Assembly (NCBI GenBank): GCA_964602055.1
Contig: CAZRPU010000003.1
Span: forward strand, 30,439-94,438
Origin: an uncultured Ignavibacteriaceae bacterium
GTDB lineage: Bacteria; Bacteroidota; Ignavibacteria; UBA10030
Direction: 5' to 3'
DNA: 64,000 nucleotides
This document shows, piece by piece, positions 38,541 through 48,449 of this stretch. The notes beneath the pieces were generated by a model. That model saw only the letters and a list, made by a program, of their open reading frames with translations. It did not search any database and was not told where the DNA came from. The position numbers and the translations under genes were made by a program. Every line of letters starts with the position of its first letter. The stretch's first letter is position 1.

Positions 38541-40118
38541 CTAGAGCCTTGCGCTTCTTACTTCGAAAACACCATCAATCAATTCCATTTTCTTTAATAT
38601 TTCCCCCGGTATAGGACCGTCAACATTTATAATAGTAAGAGCCTTTTTCCCCGGTTCATCCCTCCCCAGCGCCAATCCCCCTATGTTTATTCCGGCAGCC
38701 GCCAGAATCGCCCCAACGGCCGCAAGCATTCCCGGCTTGTCCGTATTCTTATAGAAGAGCATCGTGCCCTCCGGCACAATCTCGAGCCTGTATCCGTCCA
38801 TCTGCACGATACGCGGATAGGCATTCTCGAAAACCGTCCCTGCCACGACTCTGTTCCCCTGATCCGATTCATAGTCCACTTCCAGGAGATGAGTAAATGA
38901 CCCGCCATCCAAATCGCGCTTCTCTTCAATGGCAATGCCCAGTTCTCGCGCAATGACCTGCGCATTCACGAGATTCACAGGCTCAGTCAGCCGCTGGGAA
39001 AGGACACCCTTGAGAACCGCCGATGCCACCAGCTCGCTTGATTGCGCAAGCTGAACACCGGCAACTCTCACTCTTATATGTTTCAGTTTTCCCGGAACGA
39101 GTTGTGCTTCAAGACTTCCGAGTTTTTCCGCCAATTGAACATACAACCGTAAGTCCTGTCGCATGGCCAGCCGGATAAGCTCGGCGTTGACCGCACCTGC
39201 AATACCGCGCTCATGCAGGAGATCGGCAATCTGAACGGCGATCTGCCTGGCAACTTTTTCCTGCGCTTCCTCTGTTGATGCACCGAGGTGAGGCGTTGCG
39301 ATCAGCCTGGGATGCTGCAACAGGAGTTTGTTGGTCGGCGGTTCTTCGACAAAGACGTCGAGCGCGGCACCCCCGACTTTTCCCGACTCCAGACCTCTGA
39401 GCAGAGCTCCTTCGTCAACGATTCCACCCCTCGCACAATTGATAATCCGAACTCCCTGCTTGCACGCCCGGATTTCTTCATCACCGATGAGTCCGCGGGT
39501 CTCGTCATTGAGGGGAGTGTGAACGGTGATAACGTCGGACCGCGCATAAAGATCCGGCAAGGAAACGACTTCGATGTTCATCTTGGCCGCCACTTCCGAG
39601 GACAGAACAGGATCGAATCCTATCGTCGCCATACCGAACGCCTGGCACCGGACAGCAACTTCACGGCCTATTTTGCCCAGCCCGACAATGCCGATGGTCT
39701 TTCCCATCAGTTCCATGCCTGTAAACTTCTTCCGATCCCATTTCCCCGCCCTCAGCGAGTCAAAGGCATGCGGGATGTTGCGCGCCATTGACAGAAGAAG
39801 TGAAACAGTGTGCTCTGCGGTAGAAATGGTATTGCCGCCCGGTGTATTCATGACCACAACGCCTCTCCGCGTTGCAGTGTCGCAGTCAATATTGTCCACC
39901 CCTGCTCCTGCCCTGCCGATGACTTTGAGATTCTTTGCAGCTCCGAGGATGTCTGATGTTACCTGTGTTGCGCTCCGCACCACGAGTCCGTCGTACTCTC
40001 CGATCACCTGCTTCAGCTCTTCCGAGGTCATCCCGGGACGCGACACAACATCAAACCCTTCTCTCTTCAGAACATCCATACAGACGCTTTCAACCTGATC
40101 GCTGATGAGGATTTTCAT
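38541..40118 (-). CDS. serA: D-3-phosphoglycerate dehydrogenase with C-terminal ACT domain
   Basis: 525 aa. MKILISDQV...GKTIGIVGLGKIGREVA (NAD fold)...CARGGIVDE...PHLGAST, plus a C-terminal ACT-like segment. Confidence 0.92.
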   Translation of the reverse strand: MKILISDQVESVCMDVLKREGFDVVSRPGMTSEELKQVIGEYDGLVVRSATQVTSDILGAAKNLKVIGRAGAGVDNIDCDTATRRGVVVMNTPGGNTISTAEHTVSLLLSMARNIPHAFDSLRAGKWDRKKFTGMELMGKTIGIVGLGKIGREVAVRCQAFGMATIGFDPVLSSEVAAKMNIEVVSLPDLYARSDVITVHTPLNDETRGLIGDEEIRACKQGVRIINCARGGIVDEGALLRGLESGKVGGAALDVFVEEPPTNKLLLQHPRLIATPHLGASTEEAQEKVARQIAVQIADLLHERGIAGAVNAELIRLAMRQDLRLYVQLAEKLGSLEAQLVPGKLKHIRVRVAGVQLAQSSELVASAVLKGVLSQRLTEPVNLVNAQVIARELGIAIEEKRDLDGGSFTHLLEVDYESDQGNRVVAGTVFENAYPRIVQMDGYRLEIVPEGTMLFYKNTDKPGMLAAVGAILAAAGINIGGLALGRDEPGKKALTIINVDGPIPGEILKKMELIDGVFEVRSARL

Positions 40119-40122
40119 GGAG

Positions 40123-41256
40123 TCACCGGGACAATATGCGTTGCGCTGCCCTCACACCGGAGCCTGATTCGAAGGAAAAGCCGCATTCCCCCAAGGTCAT
40201 TTCCAGGGCAGAGATCATGGTAATCATGTCAAGTTCATCATAGTAGCCGAGGTGAGAGATTCTGAAGATCCTTCCGGAAAGGGCCCCTTGTCCCCCGGCG
40301 ACCGTTATTCCGTATGTTCCCTTGAGAATTCGGTTGAATTTCTTGCCGTCAACAGATTCGGGGATCCAAATGGCAGTGAGGGCAGCTGAAGGGTTCCGGG
40401 CGAGGATTTTCAGGCCTAAAGCGGCCGCTCCTTCGCGAACAGCTTCAGAAAGCTTAGCATGGCGCGCCCAGACGTTTTCGATTCCCTCACGCTCGATCAT
40501 CTGCAACGCCTCGTCGACACCGATAACAAGGGAGATTGCCGGCGTCCAGGGCGTATCATCTGATTGGAGAGCCTTGCGGGCCAGGAGAAGGTCGAAATAG
40601 TAACGGGGGACTTTCGACCCCTCTACGGCCAACCATGCCCGGGGACTTACCGCCACAAAGGCCAGGCCCGGAGGGATCATGAGTCCTTTTTGAGAGCCGG
40701 TAACAACGATATCCAGTCCCCATTCATCCATTTTCAGTTCCATTGCGCCGATTGCCGTAATGCCATCCACGACGATGAGGGCCTCAGAACAACTGCGTAC
40801 AGCCGCTGCAACCGCACGAATGTCCGTTGCTGCTCCGGTCGACGTTTCACTGTGGGTCAGATACACCGCCTTCACGTCCTTTTGACCCTTCAGTACTTCT
40901 ATGAGTCGATCGGGGGAAACTGAGTCTCCCCATTCGACCTTGATCTCGACAGGATTGACCCCGTAGGCCCGGAGGAGCTCGCCCCACCTTTCGCCGAATT
41001 TTCCGCCGTTGACGAAGACAGCCCGCTCCCCGGGCGAATGTACATTGCAGACAGCGGCTTCCATCGCTCCTGTGCCGGAGGAGGTCAACGTCAAGACGTC
41101 ACCCGCAGTCTGAAAGAGATACTTGAGATTCTTCGTTACCCGTGAGAGAATCTGGGTAAATTCGGGATGGCGATGGTGAATAATCGGGCTCGCCATTTTC
41201 AACATGATCGCCTCAGGTACGGGTGTGGGACCCGGCGTAAACAATCGGCTTTTCAA
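40123..41256 (-). CDS. class-V PLP aminotransferase (AGXT/serine-glyoxylate family; probably the phosphoserine aminotransferase partner of serA)
   Basis: LFTPGPTPVPEAI...SSGTGAMEAAV...VVTGSQKGLMIPPGL (PLP Lys). TTG start at 41256 preceded by AGGAG. There is a 4-nt gap to serA. Confidence 0.85.
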   Translation of the reverse strand: MKSRLFTPGPTPVPEAIMLKMASPIIHHRHPEFTQILSRVTKNLKYLFQTAGDVLTLTSSGTGAMEAAVCNVHSPGERAVFVNGGKFGERWGELLRAYGVNPVEIKVEWGDSVSPDRLIEVLKGQKDVKAVYLTHSETSTGAATDIRAVAAAVRSCSEALIVVDGITAIGAMELKMDEWGLDIVVTGSQKGLMIPPGLAFVAVSPRAWLAVEGSKVPRYYFDLLLARKALQSDDTPWTPAISLVIGVDEALQMIEREGIENVWARHAKLSEAVREGAAALGLKILARNPSAALTAIWIPESVDGKKFNRILKGTYGITVAGGQGALSGRIFRISHLGYYDELDMITMISALEMTLGECGFSFESGSGVRAAQRILSR

Positions 41257-41293
41257 GCGGCTCCTGACAATAAGTTCATGGTCTGTTCAATCG

Positions 41294-41322
41294 AAAATAC
41301 CACAACAGGATCCGATATGCAA
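41294..41322 (-). promoter_or_regulatory. candidate promoter for the aminotransferase-serA pair (TTGCAT-17 nt-TATTTT, TG-extended)
   Basis: Minus-strand read TTGCAT ATCGGATCCTGTTGTGG TATTTT. Confidence 0.5.
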
Positions 41323-41363
41323 GGAAGAGGGCTGCTGGCGAGTATTTGACGGATCATCGGCGA

Positions 41364-41395
41364 ACAAGAAAAAGCCCCGGTCATTCTGCCGGGGC
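41364..41395 (-). terminator. intrinsic terminator ending the alpha-operon/engB transcript
   Basis: Minus strand GCCCCGG-CAGAATGA-CCGGGGC followed by TTTTTCTTGTT. Confidence 0.8.
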
Positions 41396-41425
41396 TCAAG
41401 AGCATTCTTCTTTCTCTAGGTTCTT

Positions 41426-42055
41426 TTATACAGCTTCTTTCTTTTGTGTCTTCGTTTCGCGAAAACTCCCTTCGATCATCTTCACGAGGGCCGATTTTCC
41501 TTCGCCCGAGACAACCGAAAACGGTACGATGCCCTTGCAGCATCCTTCCGTCATCTCAGCCTGAAAACGCTTCTCGTATCCTTCCACCTGTTTGCCCAGC
41601 TTGCTGACAGGGAGCTTGTCAGCCTTCGTCAGGACCAACACATAGGGGATCTCATAATATTCCAGCCAGTCCATCATCATGAGGTCGAGCGGAGTGGGCT
41701 CTTGACGCGAATCGATAAGCTGCATGGCAATGGCAATAGGTTCTCCCCGCTGGAGGAAATCCTCGATGAGTTTCTTCCATCCTGCGCGCATCTGTTCCGG
41801 CACTTTCGCGTAGCCGTATCCGGGGAGATCGACAAAATAGAAATCATCGTTGACGATATAGTAATTGATTTCACGCGTTTTTCCGGGCGTCGAACTCGAG
41901 CGAGCAAGGTTCTTCCTGCCGCAGAGCTTGTTCAGCAAAGAAGATTTCCCGACGTTCGACCGGCCGATAAAGAGTACTTCTCTGAGTTCTCGCTTGGGAA
42001 GTTGCCGAAGGTCTGCAACCCCTTGAAGAAATTCCGCTGTAGATATTTTGATCAT
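41426..42055 (-). CDS. engB: ribosome-biogenesis GTPase YihA/YsxC
   Basis: 209 aa. FIGRSNVGKSSLLNKL (G1)...TPGKTREINYY...DLPGYGYAKV...LTKADKL. Confidence 0.9.
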   Translation of the reverse strand: MIKISTAEFLQGVADLRQLPKRELREVLFIGRSNVGKSSLLNKLCGRKNLARSSSTPGKTREINYYIVNDDFYFVDLPGYGYAKVPEQMRAGWKKLIEDFLQRGEPIAIAMQLIDSRQEPTPLDLMMMDWLEYYEIPYVLVLTKADKLPVSKLGKQVEGYEKRFQAEMTEGCCKGIVPFSVVSGEGKSALVKMIEGSFRETKTQKKEAV

Positions 42056-42110
42056 GATACTCTACCTCGTTTGTTTGAAACAACTTCACATCACCTGCTC
42101 AGATGTCTTG

Positions 42111-42638
42111 CTATCCCTCTTTTCCGGCGCTGGATTCTTCAGAAGCTGCCACCGCCTCTTTCTTCGCCGGTTTGCTGCCTTTCGCCTGCTTCTTCCGGGG
42201 AGCCTTGCTTTTCTTCTCAGCGGTTTTCGCTGATTGCTTTTCCTGGCCTGTGTTGTAGTCGACCAGCTCCAGGATAGCGACATGTGCACCGTCGCCATGT
42301 CGCTGGCCCAGCTTCACGACGCGTGTGTACCCACCAGGCCTTGACGTCACTTTGGGCGCAATATCATTAAAAAGCGCGGAAACGGCATTGCGGTCCCGAA
42401 GAAACGAAAACACTTCCCGACGAGCATGCACATCCTTGCTCTTTCCATCTCCTTCACGCATGACCGCCCGCTTTGCCCGCGTAATGAGTTTTTCGACAAC
42501 AGTACGTGCTTCCTTCGCTTTTGCGGTGGTCGTTCGGATTCTCTTGTGCTGAATCAACGAAACACTCAACGCCGAAAGCGTCGCCTTTCGGTGGCTGTGT
42601 GTGCGTCCCAGTTTTCGGCCAGACTTAAGATGCCGCAT
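42111..42638 (-). CDS. rplQ: 50S ribosomal protein L17 (with Lys/Ala-rich C-terminal extension)
   Basis: MRHLKSGRKLGRTHSHRKATLSAL...; it lies after rpoA. Confidence 0.95.
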   Translation of the reverse strand: MRHLKSGRKLGRTHSHRKATLSALSVSLIQHKRIRTTTAKAKEARTVVEKLITRAKRAVMREGDGKSKDVHARREVFSFLRDRNAVSALFNDIAPKVTSRPGGYTRVVKLGQRHGDGAHVAILELVDYNTGQEKQSAKTAEKKSKAPRKKQAKGSKPAKKEAVAASEESSAGKEG

Positions 42639-42664
42639 TCTTGTTTTCCTCTGTCAAATCGTGC

Positions 42665-43654
42665 TTATTCGTTGCCATCTTTGAGATATTTGTCCACATC
42701 CATGCCGAAGCTGAGCCCCATCTCTTCGACGATCGCTGACAGTTCGGCGAGTGACTTGCGGCCGAAATTCCTGAATTTCAAAAGCTCACCCTCGTCCCGG
42801 CGAACGAGATCCGCCAGCGTTCTGATGTTTGCCGATCGAAGGCAGTTGTGCGACCGGACAGAGAGCTCGAGTTCATCAACTGACATCCTCAATTTCTCCC
42901 GGACCTTCGCCGTTTCTGCCTCTTGACCCGCTTCCATGCGTTCCGTTTCGGGCTCTGCCTCGAAATTGATGAAGAGCCTCACGTGATCCTGGAGTATTCG
43001 CCCGGCATGTGTCAGGGCATCGCGGGGAGAAATCGACCCATCCGTTTCGACTTCAAGTACCAGTTTCTCAAAATCGGTTTGACCCCCGACCCTTGTCGGC
43101 TCGACAAAATAGCGGACATTCTTGATGGGCGTAAAGATCGAATCGATGGCGATTGTTCCCAGAGGCTGATCAGGAATCTTGTTTTCCTCTGCCGGCACAT
43201 ATCCTTTCCCTCTGCCGAGTCGTAATTCGAGCTCGAAGTCAGCGTCCTTATTGAGGGTCGCAACCTGGGCATCCGGGTTCAGAACTTCAATTTCCGATGA
43301 TGCTTTCTGGATATCCTGGCCGGTAAAGGCACCGGGGCCCTTGAGCGTGACAAGAACCTTGGAGGCCTTTTTGTTGATTGGCCTGATGCGGACCTGTTTC
43401 AGGTTCAGGATCATGTCGGAAACGTCTTCGACGACGCCCTTGATCGTTGAAAACTCATGTTGAATATTATCCACACGAATTGCGGTGATAGCGGTTCCCG
43501 GAAGAGACGAGAGGAGTACGCGTCTCAGGGAATTTCCGATCGTCACACCAAATCCTTTTTCGAGCGGTTGAACCGTGAATCGACCGAAGGTACCGCTTGC
43601 ATTGGACTCATCAAGCTCTATTTTTTCCGGCATCTGTAACAGCGTGTTGCTCAT
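42665..43654 (-). CDS. rpoA: DNA-directed RNA polymerase subunit alpha
   Basis: ATG 43654 (MSNTLLQMPEKIELDES...) is preceded by GAGGAG. It has GFGVTIGNSLRRVLLSSLPG and a C-terminal domain ...ELELSVRSHNCLRSANIRTLADLV. Confidence 0.95.
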   Translation of the reverse strand: MSNTLLQMPEKIELDESNASGTFGRFTVQPLEKGFGVTIGNSLRRVLLSSLPGTAITAIRVDNIQHEFSTIKGVVEDVSDMILNLKQVRIRPINKKASKVLVTLKGPGAFTGQDIQKASSEIEVLNPDAQVATLNKDADFELELRLGRGKGYVPAEENKIPDQPLGTIAIDSIFTPIKNVRYFVEPTRVGGQTDFEKLVLEVETDGSISPRDALTHAGRILQDHVRLFINFEAEPETERMEAGQEAETAKVREKLRMSVDELELSVRSHNCLRSANIRTLADLVRRDEGELLKFRNFGRKSLAELSAIVEEMGLSFGMDVDKYLKDGNE

Positions 43655-43733
43655 ACGTTCTTTCTCCTCGCGGGGACGGCGGTCATGACGACGCCGTTGC
43701 GTCAATAAATGAAAATTTCATTGAACAGCGTGC

Positions 43734-44363
43734 TTACTTCGAGTACAACTCGACGATGAGCTGTTCGTTTGCGTTTAATGGAATGTCGGCTCGTTCCGGC
43801 ACATTGAGGAACGTCCCCGTCAATGTCGCTTTGTCCAGCGTCAGCCAGGGAAACATGGCGGTGTCCTTCATCCTCTTCATCGAAGAATGGATCAGTTCCA
43901 GTTTTCTGCTTGCTTCGCGAACCTGAATGATATCTCCCGGCTTCATGAGATACGATGGGATATCAACAATGGTGTTGTTGACGGTAAAGTGCCGGTGAAG
44001 AACAAGCTGCCTTGCGGACTTTCTCGAAGGGGCAAATCCCATCCGATAGACGACGTTATCCAGGCGGCGCTCCAGCGTCTTCACGAGTTGTTCACCCGTT
44101 CGACCTGTCTGCGTCAGGGCACGCTCGAAATAATTGCGGAATTGCTTTTCCACCAATCCGTACGTCCGGCGGACTTTCTGTTTTTCTCTCAGCTGAACGC
44201 CGTATTCGGAAATTTTCGAACGTCTGTTCTGACCGTGTTGTCCGGGAGGATAGTTTCTTTTTTCAATGGGACATTTCTCCGTGTAGCATTTCGTCCCTTT
44301 CAGAAAGAGCTTCTGTCTCTCCCTCCGGCACAGTTTACAGCTTGCATCAATGTAACGGGCCAT
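43734..44363 (-). CDS. rpsD: 30S ribosomal protein S4
   Basis: ATG 44363 (MARYIDASCKLCRRERQKLFLKG...) is preceded by AAGGAG. Confidence 0.95.
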   Translation of the reverse strand: MARYIDASCKLCRRERQKLFLKGTKCYTEKCPIEKRNYPPGQHGQNRRSKISEYGVQLREKQKVRRTYGLVEKQFRNYFERALTQTGRTGEQLVKTLERRLDNVVYRMGFAPSRKSARQLVLHRHFTVNNTIVDIPSYLMKPGDIIQVREASRKLELIHSSMKRMKDTAMFPWLTLDKATLTGTFLNVPERADIPLNANEQLIVELYSK

Positions 44364-44389
44364 CGTTCTCCTTACGCAATGACAATCGA

Positions 44390-44788
44390 TTAGACACGGC
44401 GCCGTTTTGGTGGACGGCATCCGTTATGGGGAATCGGGGTAATGTCCTTGATCATTGTTACTTCGAGCCCCGAAGTCTGAAGCGATCGAACGGCTGCTTC
44501 TCTTCCTGCCCCGGGTCCTTTGATGAATACTTCGACTTTTCTCAGACCGAGATCATGTGCTTCGCGGGCTGCGGCCTCGGCCGAAACCTGTGCAGCGTAG
44601 GGCGTATTCTTCCTTGATCCCTTGAAGCCATTCTTTCCAGCCGAAGACCATGCAATGGTGTTTCCGTACATATCCGTCAGCGTCACAATCACATTGTTGA
44701 AAGTCGCCTTGATGAACGCCTTCCCGCTGGAATCGACGTGGACTTTTTTCTTTTTCTTTGTTACCGGGGCTGCTGCTTGTTTTGCCAC
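44390..44788 (-). CDS. rpsK: 30S ribosomal protein S11
   Basis: 132 aa. ...[42 protein letters not shown]. Confidence 0.96.
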   Translation of the reverse strand: MAKQAAAPVTKKKKKVHVDSSGKAFIKATFNNVIVTLTDMYGNTIAWSSAGKNGFKGSRKNTPYAAQVSAEAAAREAHDLGLRKVEVFIKGPGAGREAAVRSLQTSGLEVTMIKDITPIPHNGCRPPKRRRV

Positions 44789-44829
44789 CCTCGTTCTCCT
44801 TGTTCAGAATGTGACATTCTACCGCCGTG

Positions 44830-45213
44830 CTACTTTTTCTCGAGCACCTTTTTCTTGCCGGCAACCGTTTTCCTCTTACCCTTGCGCGTGCGGGCGTTCG
44901 TTCTCGTCCTTTGACCCCGCAGGGGAAGCCCCTTTCTGTGCCGAAGGCCCCGATAGGAGCCGACATCCATCAACCGCTTGATATTCATCTGAACTTCCGA
45001 TCGAAGCGCTCCCTCAACCTTAAAGTCGGACTGGATGACAGCCCTGATCTTGGCAACTTCTTCATCGTTCAGTTCGGCAACGCGCTTGGAGGCTCCGACG
45101 CCTGCCTTCTCGAGAATCGCTTTCGATGTTGATCGGCCGATGCCATAGATGTAGGTAAGGCCGATTTCCACGCGCTTGTTTTTCGGTAAATCCACTCCTG
45201 CTATCCGGGCCAC
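44830..45213 (-). CDS. rpsM: 30S ribosomal protein S13
   Basis: [26 protein letters not shown]...; GTG start at 45213 preceded by TAGGAGG. Confidence 0.96.
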   Translation of the reverse strand: MARIAGVDLPKNKRVEIGLTYIYGIGRSTSKAILEKAGVGASKRVAELNDEEVAKIRAVIQSDFKVEGALRSEVQMNIKRLMDVGSYRGLRHRKGLPLRGQRTRTNARTRKGKRKTVAGKKKVLEKK

Positions 45214-45240
45214 TAAAGTCCTCCTAAGAATCTGAATAAT

Positions 45241-45268
45241 TTCGAATTCCGAATCCCGAAACCCGAAG
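45241..45268 (-). repeat. four tandem degenerate heptads TTCGGGT/TTCGGGA/TTCGGAA/TTCGAA in the rpmJ-rpsM spacer
   Basis: Read directly from the minus strand: C TTCGGGT TTCGGGA TTCGGAA TTCGAA. Confidence 0.6.
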
Positions 45269-45276
45269 TCTTCATC

Positions 45277-45390
45277 TTACCCCTGACGCTGTTTATGTTT
45301 TGGATTCTTGCAGATGACCCGCACAACCCCTTTTCGGCGGATGATCTTGCAATTGTCGCACAGTTTCTTGATCGATGATCGAACTTTCAT
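45277..45390 (-). CDS. rpmJ: 50S ribosomal protein L36 (Zn-binding type)
   Basis: Not in the ORF track because it is under 60 aa. Own translation: [37 protein letters not shown] (37 aa). Confidence 0.93.
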   Translation of the reverse strand: MKVRSSIKKLCDNCKIIRRKGVVRVICKNPKHKQRQG

Positions 45391-45419
45391 GATTCTGCTC
45401 CGTCCACCGCCCAAACATT

Positions 45420-45638
45420 CTACTTGTAGCGGTAAGTGATTCTTCCTTTTGTCAGGTCATACGGCGACATTTCCACTGTTACCCGGTCGCCGACCAGAAT
45501 TTTGATAAAGTGCATCCGCATTTTGCCCGATATGTGGGCCAGTATTTCCACGCCGTTGTCCAGCTTCACCCGGAACGTCGCATTCGGCAGGGTTTCTGTT
45601 ATCACGCCGTCAATTTTTATCGGGCCCTGTTTCGCCAT
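45420..45638 (-). CDS. infA: translation initiation factor IF-1
   Basis: 72 aa. ...[47 protein letters not shown]. Confidence 0.96.
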   Translation of the reverse strand: MAKQGPIKIDGVITETLPNATFRVKLDNGVEILAHISGKMRMHFIKILVGDRVTVEMSPYDLTKGRITYRYK

Positions 45639-46397
45639 TTATTGAGTCAGTATCTCCGGCTTTCCGTTTACGACAGCGATTGTGTGCTCGAAGTGAGCCG
45701 ACGGTTCCCCGTCGAGCGTCACGACAGTCCAGCCATCCGCCAGAAACCTCACCTCCCAGCTCCCCATGTTGACCATTGGCTCAATGGCCAGCGTCATACC
45801 GTTCTCAATGTGAGGCCCTTTTCCGGGGCTTCCGAAATTCGGGACGCTTGGTTCTTCATGAAGCTGCTTCCCCACACCATGTCCCACCAGATCGCGAACT
45901 ACAGAGAAACCATGCGACTCAACATGCCTTTGGATCGCATGTGAAATATCTTCAATGTGATTCCCGGCGACCGCCTTTTCAATCCCTTTATAAAGAGACT
46001 CTTCCGTCACCTTGAGGAGCTTCTCTTTTTCCTCCGAAACTTTTCCGATCCTGAACGACCGAGCACCATCTCCAAAGTAGCCCGCTTTCTTCACCCCAAC
46101 ATCAATTGAAAGGAGGTCACCTTCCTTGAGCGTCCTGGCCCCCGGAATTCCATGCACCACTTCGTCGTCGACCGATGTGCACAGCGTTCCGGGAAACGGA
46201 TTGTCTTTTCTTCCGTAACCTTTGAAGGCCGGAACCGCCCCCCGAGAACGAATAAGGTCTTCGGCCATTTCATCGAGGTGCTTCGTGCTTACGCCGGGCC
46301 TTGCTTCACTTCCCACCAGGCTCAGAACCTCGGCCACAATACGGGAACTCTCCCGGACAAGATCTATCTCGTGTTTCGACTTCAGTCTGACCATCAA
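45639..46397 (-). CDS. map: type I methionine aminopeptidase
   Basis: 252 aa. ...CTSVDDEVVHGIP...DVGVKKAGYFGD...GHGVG...EPMVN...HFEHTI. Confidence 0.94.
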   Translation of the reverse strand: MMVRLKSKHEIDLVRESSRIVAEVLSLVGSEARPGVSTKHLDEMAEDLIRSRGAVPAFKGYGRKDNPFPGTLCTSVDDEVVHGIPGARTLKEGDLLSIDVGVKKAGYFGDGARSFRIGKVSEEKEKLLKVTEESLYKGIEKAVAGNHIEDISHAIQRHVESHGFSVVRDLVGHGVGKQLHEEPSVPNFGSPGKGPHIENGMTLAIEPMVNMGSWEVRFLADGWTVVTLDGEPSAHFEHTIAVVNGKPEILTQ

Positions 46398-46404
46398 CCC
46401 GTCA

Positions 46405-47733
46405 TCAGCTTCTCCGGCTTCGAAGCTTTCCGCTCTTCATGAAGCCGTCATAGTGCCGCATCAAAAGATGCGATTCGATCTGCTGGAGAGTGTCGAGGGC
46501 CACGCCGACGACAATCAGCAGGCTCGTACCGCCAAAGAATGATGCAAAATTCGGTGTCACTCCCGCCTTGATCATCATCGTCGGCAGGATGGCGATGAGG
46601 GCCAAAAAGATGGACCCCGGAAGCGTGATCTTCGTGAGAATGTTATCAATGAAATCAGCTGTATGAGTCCCTGGCCGAATGCCTGGGATGAAGCCGCCCT
46701 GCCTCTTCATGTTGTCAGCCACATCTTTCGGGTTGAACGCAATCGCCGTGTAGAAATACGTGAAAAACACAATCATGAGTCCATAAATCAGCGAATAGGT
46801 CCATGATGTATAATTGAACCAATCAGTGTTGAGCTCGTTGATAAAATCGCTCTCCGGAAAAAAAGAGAAAACAATTTGCGGAACGAACATGATTGCCTGA
46901 GCAAAGATAATGGGCATGACGCCAGCCGTGTTGACGCGGAGCGGAATGTATTGCGTTACCCCTCCATAGACTTTTCTTCCAACCACTCGCTTCGCATACT
47001 GCACCGGTATTCTTCTCGTTCCTTGTGTGACAAGGACGACTCCTGCAACCACCACTCCCATAAGGGCGACAAGAACGATTTCAATAATCAAATTGACGCC
47101 GATCGTGAACTCGCTGAAGACGGCCTCGGGAAAACGTGCGATGATGCCAATAAAGATGATCAATGAAATGCCGTTTCCGATGCCTCGTTCCGTAATCTGC
47201 TCCCCCAACCACATCATGAATATTGTTCCGGCCGTCAGTACGATCACCGTGCTCAACGCGAAGCTCATTCCCTGAACCTCGGGCGGCACGATCGGCCCCT
47301 GAGGTGTGGTCGTATTCAGAAGTTTGACGACCACTCCGCTCGCCTGGAGCATCGAAATGAGTACTGTTCCATACCTGGTATACTGCGTGATCTTCTTTCT
47401 TCCGTCTTCGCCTTCCTTTTGGAGCTTTTGGAAGTATGGAACGACGGCGCCCAACAGCTGAATGACAATGGACGAGCTGATATAGGGCATGATGCCGAGG
47501 GCGAATACTGCTGCATTGCTGAATGCACCGCCTACGAACAAGTCATAGAGCCCGAAGAGTGTTCCTTCCGAGGAACGCCGAATCGTATCAGCGAGAAGAC
47601 TTGCGTCGACTCCGGGAAGCGTAACGTGTGATCCGATTCGGACAACAACGAGGAGTGCCGCGGTAAACATCAACCGCTCGCGCAGTTCCTGGATCTTAAA
47701 GATATTTGTAAACGTTTCGGTTAGCTTACTCAT
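46405..47733 (-). CDS. secY: preprotein translocase subunit SecY
   Basis: 442 aa and polytopic. ...LGIMPYISSSIVIQLL...GRKKITQYTRY... Confidence 0.95.
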   Translation of the reverse strand: MSKLTETFTNIFKIQELRERLMFTAALLVVVRIGSHVTLPGVDASLLADTIRRSSEGTLFGLYDLFVGGAFSNAAVFALGIMPYISSSIVIQLLGAVVPYFQKLQKEGEDGRKKITQYTRYGTVLISMLQASGVVVKLLNTTTPQGPIVPPEVQGMSFALSTVIVLTAGTIFMMWLGEQITERGIGNGISLIIFIGIIARFPEAVFSEFTIGVNLIIEIVLVALMGVVVAGVVLVTQGTRRIPVQYAKRVVGRKVYGGVTQYIPLRVNTAGVMPIIFAQAIMFVPQIVFSFFPESDFINELNTDWFNYTSWTYSLIYGLMIVFFTYFYTAIAFNPKDVADNMKRQGGFIPGIRPGTHTADFIDNILTKITLPGSIFLALIAILPTMMIKAGVTPNFASFFGGTSLLIVVGVALDTLQQIESHLLMRHYDGFMKSGKLRSRRS

Positions 47734-47757
47734 TGATGCCTGATTCTCGGAATCTGA

Positions 47758-48222
47758 TTACGAAAGGACGGTTGCCTTTCCTCCGGCCGCCTGAATCTTG
47801 ATCAGTGCGGATTTGCTGAATGCATGAGCAGAAATCTCGAGCTTGCTCTTCAGATCTCCATTTCCGAGAATCTTCACGCGGTCATTTTTCTTCGAAATAG
47901 CGCCGGCCTGAAAGAGGCTTTCCGGCGTAATCGCCCCTGCGAGTTTTTTCTCAACGACCATCTTTTCCAGCGTTTCGACGTTCACAATCTGCATCTCGAC
48001 CCGGTTGCGGGGCCTGAATCCGAACTTGGGTAACCGTCGGGACAAAGGCATCTGTCCGCCTTCGAACCATTCGCGGAATTTATGGCCGGAGCGGGAGCGT
48101 GCACCTTTGTGTCCCTTGGTCGCAGTGCCGCCATGACCGGAGCCTTGACCTCGGCCGATACGCTTGACTTTTCGCCGCGACCCCTTTGCCGGGGTCAGAT
48201 TGCTAAGAATGTCTTTTGCCAT
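47758..48222 (-). CDS. rplO: 50S ribosomal protein L15
   Basis: ...RIGRGQGSGHGGTATKGHKGARSRSG... Confidence 0.95.
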   Translation of the reverse strand: MAKDILSNLTPAKGSRRKVKRIGRGQGSGHGGTATKGHKGARSRSGHKFREWFEGGQMPLSRRLPKFGFRPRNRVEMQIVNVETLEKMVVEKKLAGAITPESLFQAGAISKKNDRVKILGNGDLKSKLEISAHAFSKSALIKIQAAGGKATVLS

Positions 48223-48242
48223 TGCAGATTCCGTTCTTTCGA

Positions 48243-48443
48243 CTATGACTTGACTTCTTCAAAAGTAACCAGATGCCGGACTTTGCGAATCATCCCCCTG
48301 ATCTGGGGAGTGTCGCCCTTGACAACAACATAATTGGGCCTGCCCAAACCCAGAGCCTTGATCGTTCGCTTGGCGTTCTCCAGCTCCTTAATGACGCTTC
48401 GCGTTTGGGTAATCTTGATTTTCTTGTTTGCCGCCATAGTCAC
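48243..48443 (-). CDS. rpmD: 50S ribosomal protein L30
   Basis: ...KIKITQTRSVIKELENAKRTIKALGLGRPNYVVVKGDTPQIRGMIRKVRHLV. Confidence 0.93.
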   Translation of the reverse strand: MTMAANKKIKITQTRSVIKELENAKRTIKALGLGRPNYVVVKGDTPQIRGMIRKVRHLVTFEEVKS

Positions 48444-48449
48444 ACCGGT

